Source: Planctomycetota bacterium (GTDB lineage: Bacteria; Planctomycetota; GCA-002687715; DRQF01). From it: 64,000 nucleotides of DNA. The stretch is taken from contig JALTLO010000141.1 in assembly GCA_027001995.1 (NCBI GenBank), positions 65,336 to 129,335 of the forward strand. Direction: 5' to 3'. Of this stretch, positions 8,702 through 18,677 are shown piece after piece; within the stretch, counting starts at the first letter, position 1; each line of letters opens with the position of its first letter. The translations under genes were made by a program, and so were the position numbers. The notes under the pieces were generated by a model. It made no database searches. It was not told where the DNA came from and saw only the letters and a list, made by a program, of their open reading frames with translations.

Positions 8702-9658
8702 ATGACTCGCACCTTTACCGGAACCTTGCGTCTCCAACTCGTCTGTCTAACCGCTTTCCTGGCCATTCTGCGCTTCTTGGCCGTGGAATGCGGCTCGATT
8801 CTCCATCAACTTCAATTGCCGAAATTCCTGGTAAAACTCCCAGAATGGCAATTCAAGTTCGCTCCACTGATTGATCGTGCCACTCTGATTGCCGCGACAG
8901 TGGTCCTTATTCTGCTGATTCCCAAGCTCATTCAGACAAAGAGAGGCCAAGAAAAGTCCAAATTAGATGAGTCTTTGGCACTCAGTTTCTTACTTTTCTT
9001 AGGCATATTGGCCATCAATTCCCTGTCAAAATCTTCCTGGTCCCTGGGACTCGCCCATGGCACGCTCACTTTTATATTCCTTCTTTCCGCCTTACGCTTG
9101 GCAAAATCACCTTTGTCTCACCGACACCGATGGCCCTTGCTAGCCCTGACGTTGTTCAGTGCGATTCCTTTGATCTGGCGCATCCTTTTAGATCTAGGAT
9201 TGGGAGCCGGTTCTTCGCCCCTGGAATTGGTGCGCAACATCGCAGACACCACAGTCATCCTGAGCTGGGCGGCCCTGGTTCTCGCCATCAATCCGCCACG
9301 AGCCCGTCCCATGGCTTTTCTTCCCCTTGCAGTGGGAGGCGTTTTGCTTTGGCTGGCCATCACCTCATTCGATGATTTTCGCCATGTGCTCTCCTCGGTG
9401 ACCGGACTTTGGTACACCACTTTCGCCCCCCTTCCTATCAAGATTCTTGTTCCCACCGCCGCCATCAGCCTCATGGCGATTGCTGTTGGCAAGCGTCAAG
9501 GGACGATGGCCATAGGTTTGATCATCATCGCTGGGGCGGCACACCGATCCGGGCAAGTAACAGCTATTGTCTTGCAGGCTTTGGGACTCTTATTTTTATT
9601 GGTGTATGCCCGCAGAAAGAAGCACCAAGAAGGCGATCTATATCGGTTGCTTTCCTGA
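8702..9658 (+). CDS. Hypothetical polytopic membrane protein
   Basis: 318-aa ORF with about 10 hydrophobic segments; no family recognised. Confidence 0.7.
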   Translation: MTRTFTGTLRLQLVCLTAFLAILRFLAVECGSILHQLQLPKFLVKLPEWQFKFAPLIDRATLIAATVVLILLIPKLIQTKRGQEKSKLDESLALSFLLFLGILAINSLSKSSWSLGLAHGTLTFIFLLSALRLAKSPLSHRHRWPLLALTLFSAIPLIWRILLDLGLGAGSSPLELVRNIADTTVILSWAALVLAINPPRARPMAFLPLAVGGVLLWLAITSFDDFRHVLSSVTGLWYTTFAPLPIKILVPTAAISLMAIAVGKRQGTMAIGLIIIAGAAHRSGQVTAIVLQALGLLFLLVYARRKKHQEGDLYRLLS

Positions 9659-9674
9659 TGCAATCAGGGAAGGC

Positions 9675-10136
9675 TCAACAATCAAAGCCACTGTCACTCA
9701 TACCATCATCTGAGTCGACGAATGAAGAAGCATCATCAACTTGATCCAGTACTTCCCGGGAAACATAAAGCTGTGACCTCGTCTTCAGGGCAATGATCAT
9801 GGCATCACTTGCCCGCAGATCGAGTCTCACTTCATTGCGCTCTCCACCGTCTTCCCCCAATTCGGTCAAGAGCAAAGTCGCACAAAAAACATTTTCGATG
9901 ATACTGGAAATGGCCACCATGCGTACCTCGATATCAAAAGCACGAATCATGTTGACAATAACGTCATGGGAAAGGGGACGTTGAGAATCGATGCCTTTGA
10001 GCTCCCGATAGAGGGCCAAGACTTCAGGGCGGGCAACGAAAATAAGAAATGGTTTCTCTGCCGACCTCAAGATCACGGCATAGTAATTATCCGTGGTTGC
10101 AATGACCCGTTCGACAGTAACCTCAACAAGTTCCAT
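9675..10136 (-). CDS. Bifunctional nuclease family protein (DUF151)
   Basis: RPLSHD, FCATLLL and DLRASDAMIIAL match the DUF151 pattern RPxTHD...DARPSDAIALA. Confidence 0.85.
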   Translation of the reverse strand: MELVEVTVERVIATTDNYYAVILRSAEKPFLIFVARPEVLALYRELKGIDSQRPLSHDVIVNMIRAFDIEVRMVAISSIIENVFCATLLLTELGEDGGERNEVRLDLRASDAMIIALKTRSQLYVSREVLDQVDDASSFVDSDDGMSDSGFDC

Positions 10137-10246
10137 GGGTTGAGTCTAACTTGCTTCAGCCAGAGGTCAACATGTTGACAAGCAGGGTTTCGAAATGCAG
10201 CAATAGAAAAAGAGGTACAAAGCAAATACGGTAGAATCACCCCAAC

Positions 10247-10879
10247 TCAACGGCGGATGACTACGGGGGTTCCAACAGGGATGTGCTCGAAGATCTCGTT
10301 GATATCACCGTTACTCAATGCAATCCCGCCATTGGTCGATTTAGCCCCAAGGATCGCAAAGTAATTACCTTGAATGCCCAGCTCGCGACTAATCGACAGG
10401 TTTGTGGGTATCGCACTCCCATTGGCGACAGCATCGTAGTAGCGCTCGTATTCTGTACGGTTGATCAATCCCTGATCCCAAGCATTCTCGATGTCTTCCT
10501 CAGATGGAAAATTGAACTGCAGGAACCTCGAACCATGAAATAACACAGACTCCCGAACCGACTTGCGCGTCACCCGATATTCGCCCAATGGCGTCGCTTT
10601 GCCGTCTTTATCGAGGGCACCTAAGAACTTGCCAGATCCAGTGGACACATCGTATCGCCGAATAACCACCTCGCCATCCTTGATGGTCAGAGTGGAGTCA
10701 CTGACATCAACAAGGATATTCGGATCTTGCAAAGGTAAGGAAATACCCTTTTCACCGCAGGCGCGGATAAAACCGTCTCCGAAGACTGCCACCTCTTGGA
10801 GAAACAAGAGCACAAACAATCCCGTGAAGATTGAAGCACCCACGCTTAGCTTAAAGAGGAATTTGAGTTTCTTGGACAT
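10247..10879 (-). CDS. Membrane-anchored YkuD/L,D-transpeptidase-fold protein with degenerate active site
   Basis: N-terminal TM helix, then ILVDVSDSTL, TPLGEYRV, GIQG..STNGGIALSN and IPVGTPVVI. The catalytic His and Cys are missing. Confidence 0.8.
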   Translation of the reverse strand: MSKKLKFLFKLSVGASIFTGLFVLLFLQEVAVFGDGFIRACGEKGISLPLQDPNILVDVSDSTLTIKDGEVVIRRYDVSTGSGKFLGALDKDGKATPLGEYRVTRKSVRESVLFHGSRFLQFNFPSEEDIENAWDQGLINRTEYERYYDAVANGSAIPTNLSISRELGIQGNYFAILGAKSTNGGIALSNGDINEIFEHIPVGTPVVIRR

Positions 10880-10986
10880 CCGAGTTGGCCCTGCCAGAGA
10901 GAGGAGACGCCCTCCCTTTTCGACAATTGCTAAGCTTTGCCATGAGCATGAATTTTCACCCAACCGCACCCAGGCCAAACCTTCAT

Positions 10987-12129
10987 TTAGAATCTGGAGA
11001 GATGCCCCACAGCAGCAATAATGAGCCGGGTCACCTCTTCGATTTCTTCGGGTTTGAGCTCGGATCCGAGAGAGAATCTCAGGGCACCGTGGATGAAAGA
11101 ATGGGGAACGCCCATGGCTTCCAAGACGTGGGAAGGCCCTTCGTCATGGGCCGTGCAAGCGGAGCCGCTGGCGCAGGCCAAGCCCTTTTGAGACAAGGTC
11201 AAGACAACGCCATGCCCCTCAATTTTGGGAAAACACACACTCAACGTATTCTCGTTTCGCTGAGCATCAGCCCCATTGATCAACATGTCAGGAAACTCTT
11301 GCCCCAGATTGGACTCTAATTCATCGCGCATTCGGCGTAAGCGCGGTCCCACATCAGGCCAAGTCGACGTAGCCACCTCCAAGGCGGCCGCCATGGCCAT
11401 CACCCCAGAGACATTCTCCGTGCCACCTCTTCGCCCAGTCTCATGCTGCCCGCCCCAAATGAGAGGCCGCAAGCTCACACCCCGCCGTACATAGAGCCCA
11501 CCAACTCCTTTGGGGGCACCGAACTTGTGTCCAGAAAAAGACAAGAGGTCAACGGGCAAATCACCCAAACCCCCGAGTCCTTTGCCAACTTTCTGGGCCC
11601 CATCCACATGAAAAGGAACACCGGCAGCCCGAGCTAAGTGACCAATCTTCTCGATGTCGAAAGTGACACCTGTTTCGTTGTTGGTCCACATCAGGCTCAA
11701 GATGGCCGTGTTGTCGTCCAAAGCCGCCTCAACTTCAGCGAGGTTCAATTGCCCGGCAGAATCTACCGCCAAGTAGCAAATGTCGTAACCTTGCTCCCCC
11801 AAATGCTTGGCAACATCCAAGGTCACAGCATGCTCCACCTGGGACGTCACCACCTTGCGACGCTCAGGGTGGGCACCCACGACTCCACGGATAGCCCAGT
11901 TGATTGACTCGGAAGCACCACTGGTAAAAGTCAATTCATCTCCACGAATCCCAAGACAAGCTGCCATCATTTCCCTTGCGTCCTCGAAGTCACCTCGGAC
12001 TTGCTCGGCTTCCAAATAAAGACTGGAGGGATTCGCGTCCCTGTCGCCCAAGAATTCCAGCATGGCTTGGCGCGCTTTGGGATGAAGAGGAGCCGTGGCA
12101 TTGTGATCAAGATAAAAACGGGATCGCAT
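10987..12129 (-). CDS. Cysteine desulfurase (group I, IscS/NifS)
   Basis: YLDHNATAP, NNETG, HVDGAQ, SGHKFGAPKG and catalytic SGSAC. Confidence 0.94.
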   Translation of the reverse strand: MRSRFYLDHNATAPLHPKARQAMLEFLGDRDANPSSLYLEAEQVRGDFEDAREMMAACLGIRGDELTFTSGASESINWAIRGVVGAHPERRKVVTSQVEHAVTLDVAKHLGEQGYDICYLAVDSAGQLNLAEVEAALDDNTAILSLMWTNNETGVTFDIEKIGHLARAAGVPFHVDGAQKVGKGLGGLGDLPVDLLSFSGHKFGAPKGVGGLYVRRGVSLRPLIWGGQHETGRRGGTENVSGVMAMAAALEVATSTWPDVGPRLRRMRDELESNLGQEFPDMLINGADAQRNENTLSVCFPKIEGHGVVLTLSQKGLACASGSACTAHDEGPSHVLEAMGVPHSFIHGALRFSLGSELKPEEIEEVTRLIIAAVGHLSRF

Positions 12130-12144
12130 GAAGAGTCTCGGTTA

Positions 12145-12387
12145 TTAACCTCGGGATAGAATTCGCCGCAAGAACTTGGTCAAGAAACCGCGCCGTTGAG
12201 ACTTATGCTCATCGATCAATTCTTGGATTTCGGGAAGGCATGTACGGCATCCTGTTCCAGCATTGCAAGAAGCCATAACTTGTTCCACGTTTTTGGCATC
12301 TATTTGGGCAATACAAGCCCTGACCGCCCCATACTTTACGTTGCGGCAATAGCAGAGCATCTTGGAATCAGAAGTTTCAGTGGCCAT
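12145..12387 (-). CDS. BFD-like [2Fe-2S]-binding protein
   Basis: CxC (CYC) followed by AGTGCRTC. Confidence 0.85.
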   Translation of the reverse strand: MATETSDSKMLCYCRNVKYGAVRACIAQIDAKNVEQVMASCNAGTGCRTCLPEIQELIDEHKSQRRGFLTKFLRRILSRG

Positions 12388-12458
12388 AAATCAGATTAAC
12401 ACCGAATTCTCACCTTCTCCCAGGTAATTCCAGAGGAGTCTTCCATACTCCCGATCTC

Positions 12459-13553
12459 TCAATCGGACGAAAACGCCCCACTCACCCGCATGATCCCCAT
12501 GGCAATGCAACGCGCTGGGGCCACGACAGATTTCGCCGAGCGGTCGCAAACGTTCTTCAAGAGATCTTCGGACCCGCCGACCTGACGATGAACCTTGTCG
12601 ATCTGCTTCCTTGCGAACAACCAACCCTTGACGAATCGAGGAGCTTGGATGGCCCGATCTAATTCGCTGCTTGCGCAACGAATGACACAATAGGGTAAGA
12701 AATCCTGACCGACTTTCTCGAGCACCCGGGAAGAAACTGGCAATAAAGTGGCAGAGATCGACGCGGAATTCCATGCGGGTCGGTTCCCTGCGTATTGCTT
12801 CATGGTACCACCCAAAGCACTTACCAAAGTGCTCTCTTTGCGCGGGACGATCTGAATAACCAAGTTCGAGGAGCCAACATTCTCAGGAGTCAGGTCTTCC
12901 AAACACAAGACTCCCACAATGAGGGTCTGTCTTGGAACGATTTGAGACAAGAAACCCAAATCCGCTGTAGATTTCCCCATGTGGATATACTCAAGATCAA
13001 AGGGCAAAGGCTCTGTTCGACCCACTGCCCGCCTCTGAATCAAGACGCGCATCACTTCCAAAGCCCCTGCGATTTCCATGGCTGTTGCGCCAACACCAGG
13101 CTCCCTCCTCCGAGGCATAGCGCCGGTGAGCAAGATGAGCCTTTTTGAAGAGTCCTTACCACGCAAAAGAACAGACAAAGCTGGAGATTGAGTCGCAGAA
13201 GCACAGAGCTTCTCGGTGACAACGTATTTTCGAACCACTTTTGGGTCCAGGTCAGCCAAGGCCATGGACTCGGCGACGAAAATAGGTTCGAGAGCATCGA
13301 TTGCCAACTTGCTCCGAACTTGAGTGGCGAAAGGGAGGAGCGCCTCTTCAATCAACTTGGCTTTCCGCATTGCCTGTTGAGCAAAAATCTCTCCGGCAAG
13401 CCCCATCTCCAGGTCATGTTTCTTGACCGATTTTGTCAGTGCGGCCGACACTGATTTCACCAAGGGATGTGGCTTCGCATTATTCAGAGAAGGAGAGTCG
13501 CCACAAGACGATAAGCAAAACACCATGAGCAACATGAAACGCTGCCACGACAT
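12459..13553 (-). CDS. Lipoprotein with degenerate M28-peptidase-like fold
   Basis: Lipobox (FCLSS-C). LILLTGAM..EPGVGATAMEIAGALEVMRVL resembles M28 AHxD..PGAxDNxSGxAxxLExARxL without the metal ligands. Confidence 0.55.
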   Translation of the reverse strand: MSWQRFMLLMVFCLSSCGDSPSLNNAKPHPLVKSVSAALTKSVKKHDLEMGLAGEIFAQQAMRKAKLIEEALLPFATQVRSKLAIDALEPIFVAESMALADLDPKVVRKYVVTEKLCASATQSPALSVLLRGKDSSKRLILLTGAMPRRREPGVGATAMEIAGALEVMRVLIQRRAVGRTEPLPFDLEYIHMGKSTADLGFLSQIVPRQTLIVGVLCLEDLTPENVGSSNLVIQIVPRKESTLVSALGGTMKQYAGNRPAWNSASISATLLPVSSRVLEKVGQDFLPYCVIRCASSELDRAIQAPRFVKGWLFARKQIDKVHRQVGGSEDLLKNVCDRSAKSVVAPARCIAMGIMRVSGAFSSD

Positions 13554-13765
13554 TCTTATTCGTCTGCAATCAAAGATCATGACGCAATCATTGCCTTTGC
13601 AAGAAATGAGTGATTGACCAGTTTGCCCAGACTTCCCCGATCTCCAGGCGCCATGGACAAGGCGGACTACAGACAAGCGTAGCGAATTTTTGCCAATAAT
13701 CGCAGCAGAAAGTCTGGCGAATTCTTCCCAGTGCCCAAAGCGCCTCCACAACCCCTCTATGCGGG

Positions 13766-15454
13766 TTAAGGCAAACAGAGGACATCCAGCTCATCATCAG
13801 GGAGCTGTCCCGACAAGAGTTCTATGAGACGCTGGCAACGACCAGCTTCTTCTTGGTCTTGATTCAAGATGAGTAAATTCAAGAGGATACGGTAATCACC
13901 AGGATAGGTTTTCTCCAAATCCAAAAGGAGCGCCATGGCCTCAGTCTTTGCATCGGTGACCACCAAAGCCCAACAAAGAAGCAAGGAATAACGAACGTCC
14001 GCCTCTTCCTCTTGGCACCAAACTTGAGCCTGCTCCATGAGTTGCTCTGGCTTGCCAGATTTTCGCAGGGCCGCCAAGAATTCGACGCGGAGATTGGGGT
14101 AATCTGGATCTAATTCCAAAGCAGCCTTGTAGTCTTCTATGGCCTGATCGAAAGCACCGACTTCCAGCATGGCTTCCCCACGAATCTCCAATGCCATACC
14201 AAGACGATCTTCTTCCGGTAGTATTTCGAGAGAATCAACCATACGCGGCAAAGAATTCCTGGCATGCAAGTCTTCCATCATCTGCCGTCGATCTTCTGGC
14301 TTTGGGAAAGTACGATCAAAAGTGAGTAAGGGTAGAGGGACATTCACCATATCCGCCTGTTCTAAAGCGCGTAGCAGAAGATCCGAAGAAATAAGCTGAT
14401 CCGTAGCCAACGTTTTTTGCTCCATCAATTCTCTCAGTAGAGCCGTCCGATAGAGCACGGCCCCCGCTGGAGGCAAGCCGTCGGCGGTCATAAGCAAAAG
14501 AGCATAGGGATTCTGACAGGAACCTTCTGGCACCTGAAGGCAATGAGTTTCTAAGGCTTGAGTTTGGAGATCGAACTCAAGAGCCGCGCAAACGGCAAAC
14601 CCAGCTTCTGGTTGATTGAGAAGAGCAGAGTTCAGCTGTTCCGCCCATCGGGGGCTCGGCGATTGCCCAGATTCAATGAAAATAACATGTTCTGTTTCGA
14701 CGTGTTGCATGCCTTCAGTGAAAGCTGCCAGCTGCCCTGCACCCTGAGTGCGGATGAGAGCAGGCTGCGTCGGTGCTTGGGATGCCATGCCCCAAAGGTC
14801 ATCAGGCAAACAACCTTCAGACTCTTTGCCGTCATCGAGAAACAGAACCAAGGACGGATAGACTGACTGGCGAAACAAAAGAGAGACCGCCAACTCATCG
14901 ACGCCTACTGACTCATCGTTGACATAGCAAAGGACGGTGACTGGGAGAGGCTCATCGGCGACCTCCAATGAAAGCTCCCGTCCCATGGCCTTTCGTCTTC
15001 CAGCGATACTTAAGCGATCCCCTTCTGCCCATCCGAAGTCCGGCAAGATTTCTCCCAAGGACACTTCCAAGATCCTCTGCAAGCGAATCATTTGGGCCTT
15101 AGATTCCAAGACGATATCCACCAAGACAAAGCCATCATCGGCGACGCGGGACAAAGCTAAGTCCAAGAATTCTTCTGGATTTTCATGGGAAGGGATGTCG
15201 AATATCATCAGCGATGAGTGGATCTCCAAATCGCCGAGAGCACCCGGTGGGACCGGTTTGGCAAGACAACCCATCCTTGCCAATTCTTCGCAATCTTCAG
15301 TCATGATGTCTTCTGCCTCTCGAGAAACTGAGACATTCATCACGGAAGCGGCAACGCTGCAAAGCAAGTCGCTGCGTCTGGGTTCTACAAGTATGAGGTT
15401 GCCAAAGACTTCAGCAACAATGAGAGCGGAGAGCATTTCATCTGGGTTATTCAT
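13766..15454 (-). CDS. Multidomain protein: methyltransferase-like remnant + GT2-like domain + TPR
   Basis: GT2-like VLFLDDG...AFTEGMQHVETEHVIFIE and TPR RGEAMLEVGAFDQAIEDYKAALELDPDY. Confidence 0.65.
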   Translation of the reverse strand: MNNPDEMLSALIVAEVFGNLILVEPRRSDLLCSVAASVMNVSVSREAEDIMTEDCEELARMGCLAKPVPPGALGDLEIHSSLMIFDIPSHENPEEFLDLALSRVADDGFVLVDIVLESKAQMIRLQRILEVSLGEILPDFGWAEGDRLSIAGRRKAMGRELSLEVADEPLPVTVLCYVNDESVGVDELAVSLLFRQSVYPSLVLFLDDGKESEGCLPDDLWGMASQAPTQPALIRTQGAGQLAAFTEGMQHVETEHVIFIESGQSPSPRWAEQLNSALLNQPEAGFAVCAALEFDLQTQALETHCLQVPEGSCQNPYALLLMTADGLPPAGAVLYRTALLRELMEQKTLATDQLISSDLLLRALEQADMVNVPLPLLTFDRTFPKPEDRRQMMEDLHARNSLPRMVDSLEILPEEDRLGMALEIRGEAMLEVGAFDQAIEDYKAALELDPDYPNLRVEFLAALRKSGKPEQLMEQAQVWCQEEEADVRYSLLLCWALVVTDAKTEAMALLLDLEKTYPGDYRILLNLLILNQDQEEAGRCQRLIELLSGQLPDDELDVLCLP

Positions 15455-15514
15455 GGCCAATCATAGCGCCCATAGGCCCAGGGCCCCAGCCCAATTGTCC
15501 ATTCCGAGACGGAC

Positions 15515-16942
15515 TTATGACAGCACTGGGACTTCCGCAGCTTTTTTCATTCGTTGCCCAATGACATCCAAAGCCGCCACTCGATAGGCTTCGGCCATCG
15601 TTGGGAAATTGAAGATGTTCTCAACGAAGGCATCAACGGTCCACCCAGAACTGACCGCGGCTTGCCCCATTTGGACCAGCTCCGTGGCACCTTCTCCAAC
15701 AGATTCAACACCGAGGAGCTTCTGCCCACAACCATCGCAAATGAGACGAAGCAAGCCCGTGGTGTTACCGGCGATTTGCCCCCGGGCCAGCTCGGAAAAC
15801 TTGGCCGTCCCAACAATGCAGGAACCGGCTTCATCGACCACGGACTTTTCCGTTTGACCGTAAGACGCCAACTCAGGTAGAGAATAGATACCGATGGGGA
15901 TCGTCTTCGCGAACTCAGCGGTCTCAAGACCCAATGCATGGCGCACTGCCCTTCGGCCTTGCTCCATGGCTGAAGCCGCTAAACTCGGTGGACCAATAAC
16001 ATCCCCCACACCGTAAATATGGGGCATCGAGGTTTGTAAGTCATCATTGACTGGCAACAGGCCACGATCCGTCAAACTCAGTCCAGCAACTTCTAAATTC
16101 ATGCCATCTAAATTCGCGACTCGCCCCAGAGCAAAGAGCAACTTCTCTGTCTTGATCACCCGCCCGCACGCCAAGGTCGTTTCCACCTGGGAAACACCAT
16201 CAAAGACTGCAGAAGTCACTTTAGAATTTCCGACCCAATGGCCCCCCATCTCTTCGAAGGCCTCGACGAAACCGTTGACCAATTCCGGAGACATAAAACC
16301 AAGGGGGGTGGGATAGCGATCGACTTGGTAAACGTCCACCCCCAGAGAGGCAAAAATAGAGGCATACTCGCTGGCGATCACACCGCCCCCCAGGACCGTC
16401 AAACTTTTCGGTAGATACTCCAACGATAAGATAGAATCGCTATCGAGAAGATTCTCATGATCGATATCCATTTCTTGAGGATCACGGGGGCGAGAACCTG
16501 TACCAATGACAATCGTCTTGCCACGAATGGTCTCCAAGCACTTGCCAGGGGATTCCACCTCAATCTCGTGAGCAGAAAGGAAACGGGCTCGGCCGTGAAT
16601 CATTTCGATTCCGTTGCGGAGGATCTGGTCTCGCATGTAGTGTTGATGAGCCACAACAACTTCATCCACTCTGGCCATCATCGTTGAAATCGGCAGAGAA
16701 AGGACAGCTTCACGGTCAATTAAACCTGTGTTGCCTCTTTGAATTCGGAGCAAAGAACTGGCGGTGTCGTGCAAAGTCTTGCTGGGAATCGTACCCCGCA
16801 AAACACAGGCACCTCCGGGCAGTCTTTCTCTTTCCACCAAAGCAACACTCTTGCCAGACTTGGACGCTTGAATCGCCGCTTTTTGTCCAGCTGGGCCACC
16901 ACCAAGAATGACAAAGTCAAATGATCTCATGTTATTGGTCAT
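15515..16942 (-). CDS. sthA: Soluble pyridine nucleotide transhydrogenase
   Basis: GGGPAG, GGACVLRGTIPSK (CxxxxT rather than CxxxxC), GGGVIASEYAS and C-terminal FNFPTMAEAYRVAALD. Confidence 0.92.
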   Translation of the reverse strand: MTNNMRSFDFVILGGGPAGQKAAIQASKSGKSVALVERERLPGGACVLRGTIPSKTLHDTASSLLRIQRGNTGLIDREAVLSLPISTMMARVDEVVVAHQHYMRDQILRNGIEMIHGRARFLSAHEIEVESPGKCLETIRGKTIVIGTGSRPRDPQEMDIDHENLLDSDSILSLEYLPKSLTVLGGGVIASEYASIFASLGVDVYQVDRYPTPLGFMSPELVNGFVEAFEEMGGHWVGNSKVTSAVFDGVSQVETTLACGRVIKTEKLLFALGRVANLDGMNLEVAGLSLTDRGLLPVNDDLQTSMPHIYGVGDVIGPPSLAASAMEQGRRAVRHALGLETAEFAKTIPIGIYSLPELASYGQTEKSVVDEAGSCIVGTAKFSELARGQIAGNTTGLLRLICDGCGQKLLGVESVGEGATELVQMGQAAVSSGWTVDAFVENIFNFPTMAEAYRVAALDVIGQRMKKAAEVPVLS

Positions 16943-17754
16943 CCCAGAGCCTCCACCAAGGCGACGATTTTTTCACTCTTGGCATCTAGTTTATCTATGT
17001 CTTCAGAATAAAGGTTGAGAGCCATACATGCCCCATCCGAAATCGAAGCTTCCTGCTCGATTTCAGGTTCGATTGCTCTAGCAGCGAGAAAATCTGCTAG
17101 AGCAACGGTCTGAACGATGTCCTCCAGATCGCCAGCGTCTTTAGGTGTCTCAGCAAAACGAACGGAGGCGCAGAGTTTTTCCGGCAGTCCCCAATCTTCA
17201 AGAACAAAAGAACTTACGGTGAACCGATGTTCAGCGATCGCCTGATGAATCTCAGCTTCGTTCGCTCCGGCTTTTTCCAACTCGAAAATGATGACGGGAG
17301 AACCAATCTCTCGCATCAATCCCGCCAAGAAGGCCACCTCAACATTACTCCGTCGAATGCGCGCAATTTCTTGGGCAAAAACACCCCGGGCCATGGCCCG
17401 CTTGAAAAGGCGACTAACCAATTTCTTGTTCTTTCCAGGCTTGAAGACAGCCCCCTTGCAGGCCGCTGCCACCGCAAGATCTCGCACGGTGGATAGCCCC
17501 AAACGATTCACCGCCAGTTGCAAGGAAACAATGGGGACATCCGGAGCATACATGGCAGAATTCGCCATCCGTAGAACATGAGCCATGAGAGCCTGATCTT
17601 TCTTGATCGTCTCCGTAAGATCACGAACATCACAGTCAGGATCGGCGCAAATCGCCATCACTTGGTTGGCGATTTCTGGCAACAAGGGAACTTCAAAATC
17701 CCCATCTCTTAAGCGCTCAATAATTGTCTTGGTATCCACGACCACGCTGCCCAT
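16939..17754 (-). CDS. HDOD-domain protein
   Basis: PLLPEIA, DQALMAHVLRMANSAMY, AVNRLG, FLAGLMREIG and LEDWGLP. Confidence 0.88.
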   Translation of the reverse strand: MGSVVVDTKTIIERLRDGDFEVPLLPEIANQVMAICADPDCDVRDLTETIKKDQALMAHVLRMANSAMYAPDVPIVSLQLAVNRLGLSTVRDLAVAAACKGAVFKPGKNKKLVSRLFKRAMARGVFAQEIARIRRSNVEVAFLAGLMREIGSPVIIFELEKAGANEAEIHQAIAEHRFTVSSFVLEDWGLPEKLCASVRFAETPKDAGDLEDIVQTVALADFLAARAIEPEIEQEASISDGACMALNLYSEDIDKLDAKSEKIVALVEALG

Positions 17755-17861
17755 CTCCTCGGCTTTGGGGATTTCTAAGAGGCCGGTCCATTTCGATGGA
17801 GCTCAGCGCTTCGGGCAGGTAGAGGCCCAATCCCCGTGTCCTGGTTATCGGTTTTCGGGAC

Positions 17862-18677
17862 TTAGGAGATGAAGGTGGAAATGAGATAGACCAAACCGAC
17901 AACAAACACGTAGGGAGCAAAAAGCCATAACTTACCGCTCTTAACCATCTTAAGTAAGATCGTTAAAGATAAAGAACCGACCCCAAATGCGGTCAAGAAT
18001 CCAGCGCACAAAGACATAGCTGGAACCGAACTATCAGCAATGTTCCGGCTGTGAAGAATCGCAGCACCTAAAACAGCGGGTATGGCCATGAGGAAGGAGA
18101 AAGTCCCCGCTTGCTCGCGGCCGCAGCCAACCAAGGTCCCCGTTGCAATGGTCGACCCCGAACGAGAAATGCCAGGAATGATGGCGATGGCCTGGGCAAT
18201 CCCCATGATCAAGGCCGTCTTCAGTCCCACGTCTCTTGAGATGGCGGAAGCATTTCGCCCTTTCGTAGCCAGAAGAACACACCCAGTCACAAGGAGCATA
18301 GCAGCGGCCAAACGGGCGCTGCCAAAGGCCTCATCAATCTGATCTTTGAGTAAGAGGCCCACAAGGACCGTCGGAATCGTCGCAGGAATCAAGAGAAGCA
18401 AGTGCCGAAAGCCTTGGTTTTTGACGAAAGAAATCGGCCAAGTTTTCCTCTTCAAAAGGAGAGGAAGAGCCGCAACCACCTCCATGACAGCAGGTCGCAT
18501 AACCAAGAGAATACTGGCCAGAGTTCCTAAGTGAACGACAACTTCAAATGCCGGGGACTCTGCCACCTCAAGACCCAAAAGATCACGAGCCAAAACCAAA
18601 TGCCCAGATGAGCTCACGGGCAGAAACTCGGTCAATCCTTGGACCAAACCTAAGACGATTGACTCAAAGAGCCCCAA
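17862..18677 (-). CDS. uppP: Undecaprenyl-diphosphate phosphatase
   Basis: GLVQGLTEFLPVSSSGHL and PGISRSGST motifs. Confidence 0.96.
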   Translation of the reverse strand: MGLFESIVLGLVQGLTEFLPVSSSGHLVLARDLLGLEVAESPAFEVVVHLGTLASILLVMRPAVMEVVAALPLLLKRKTWPISFVKNQGFRHLLLLIPATIPTVLVGLLLKDQIDEAFGSARLAAAMLLVTGCVLLATKGRNASAISRDVGLKTALIMGIAQAIAIIPGISRSGSTIATGTLVGCGREQAGTFSFLMAIPAVLGAAILHSRNIADSSVPAMSLCAGFLTAFGVGSLSLTILLKMVKSGKLWLFAPYVFVVGLVYLISTFIS

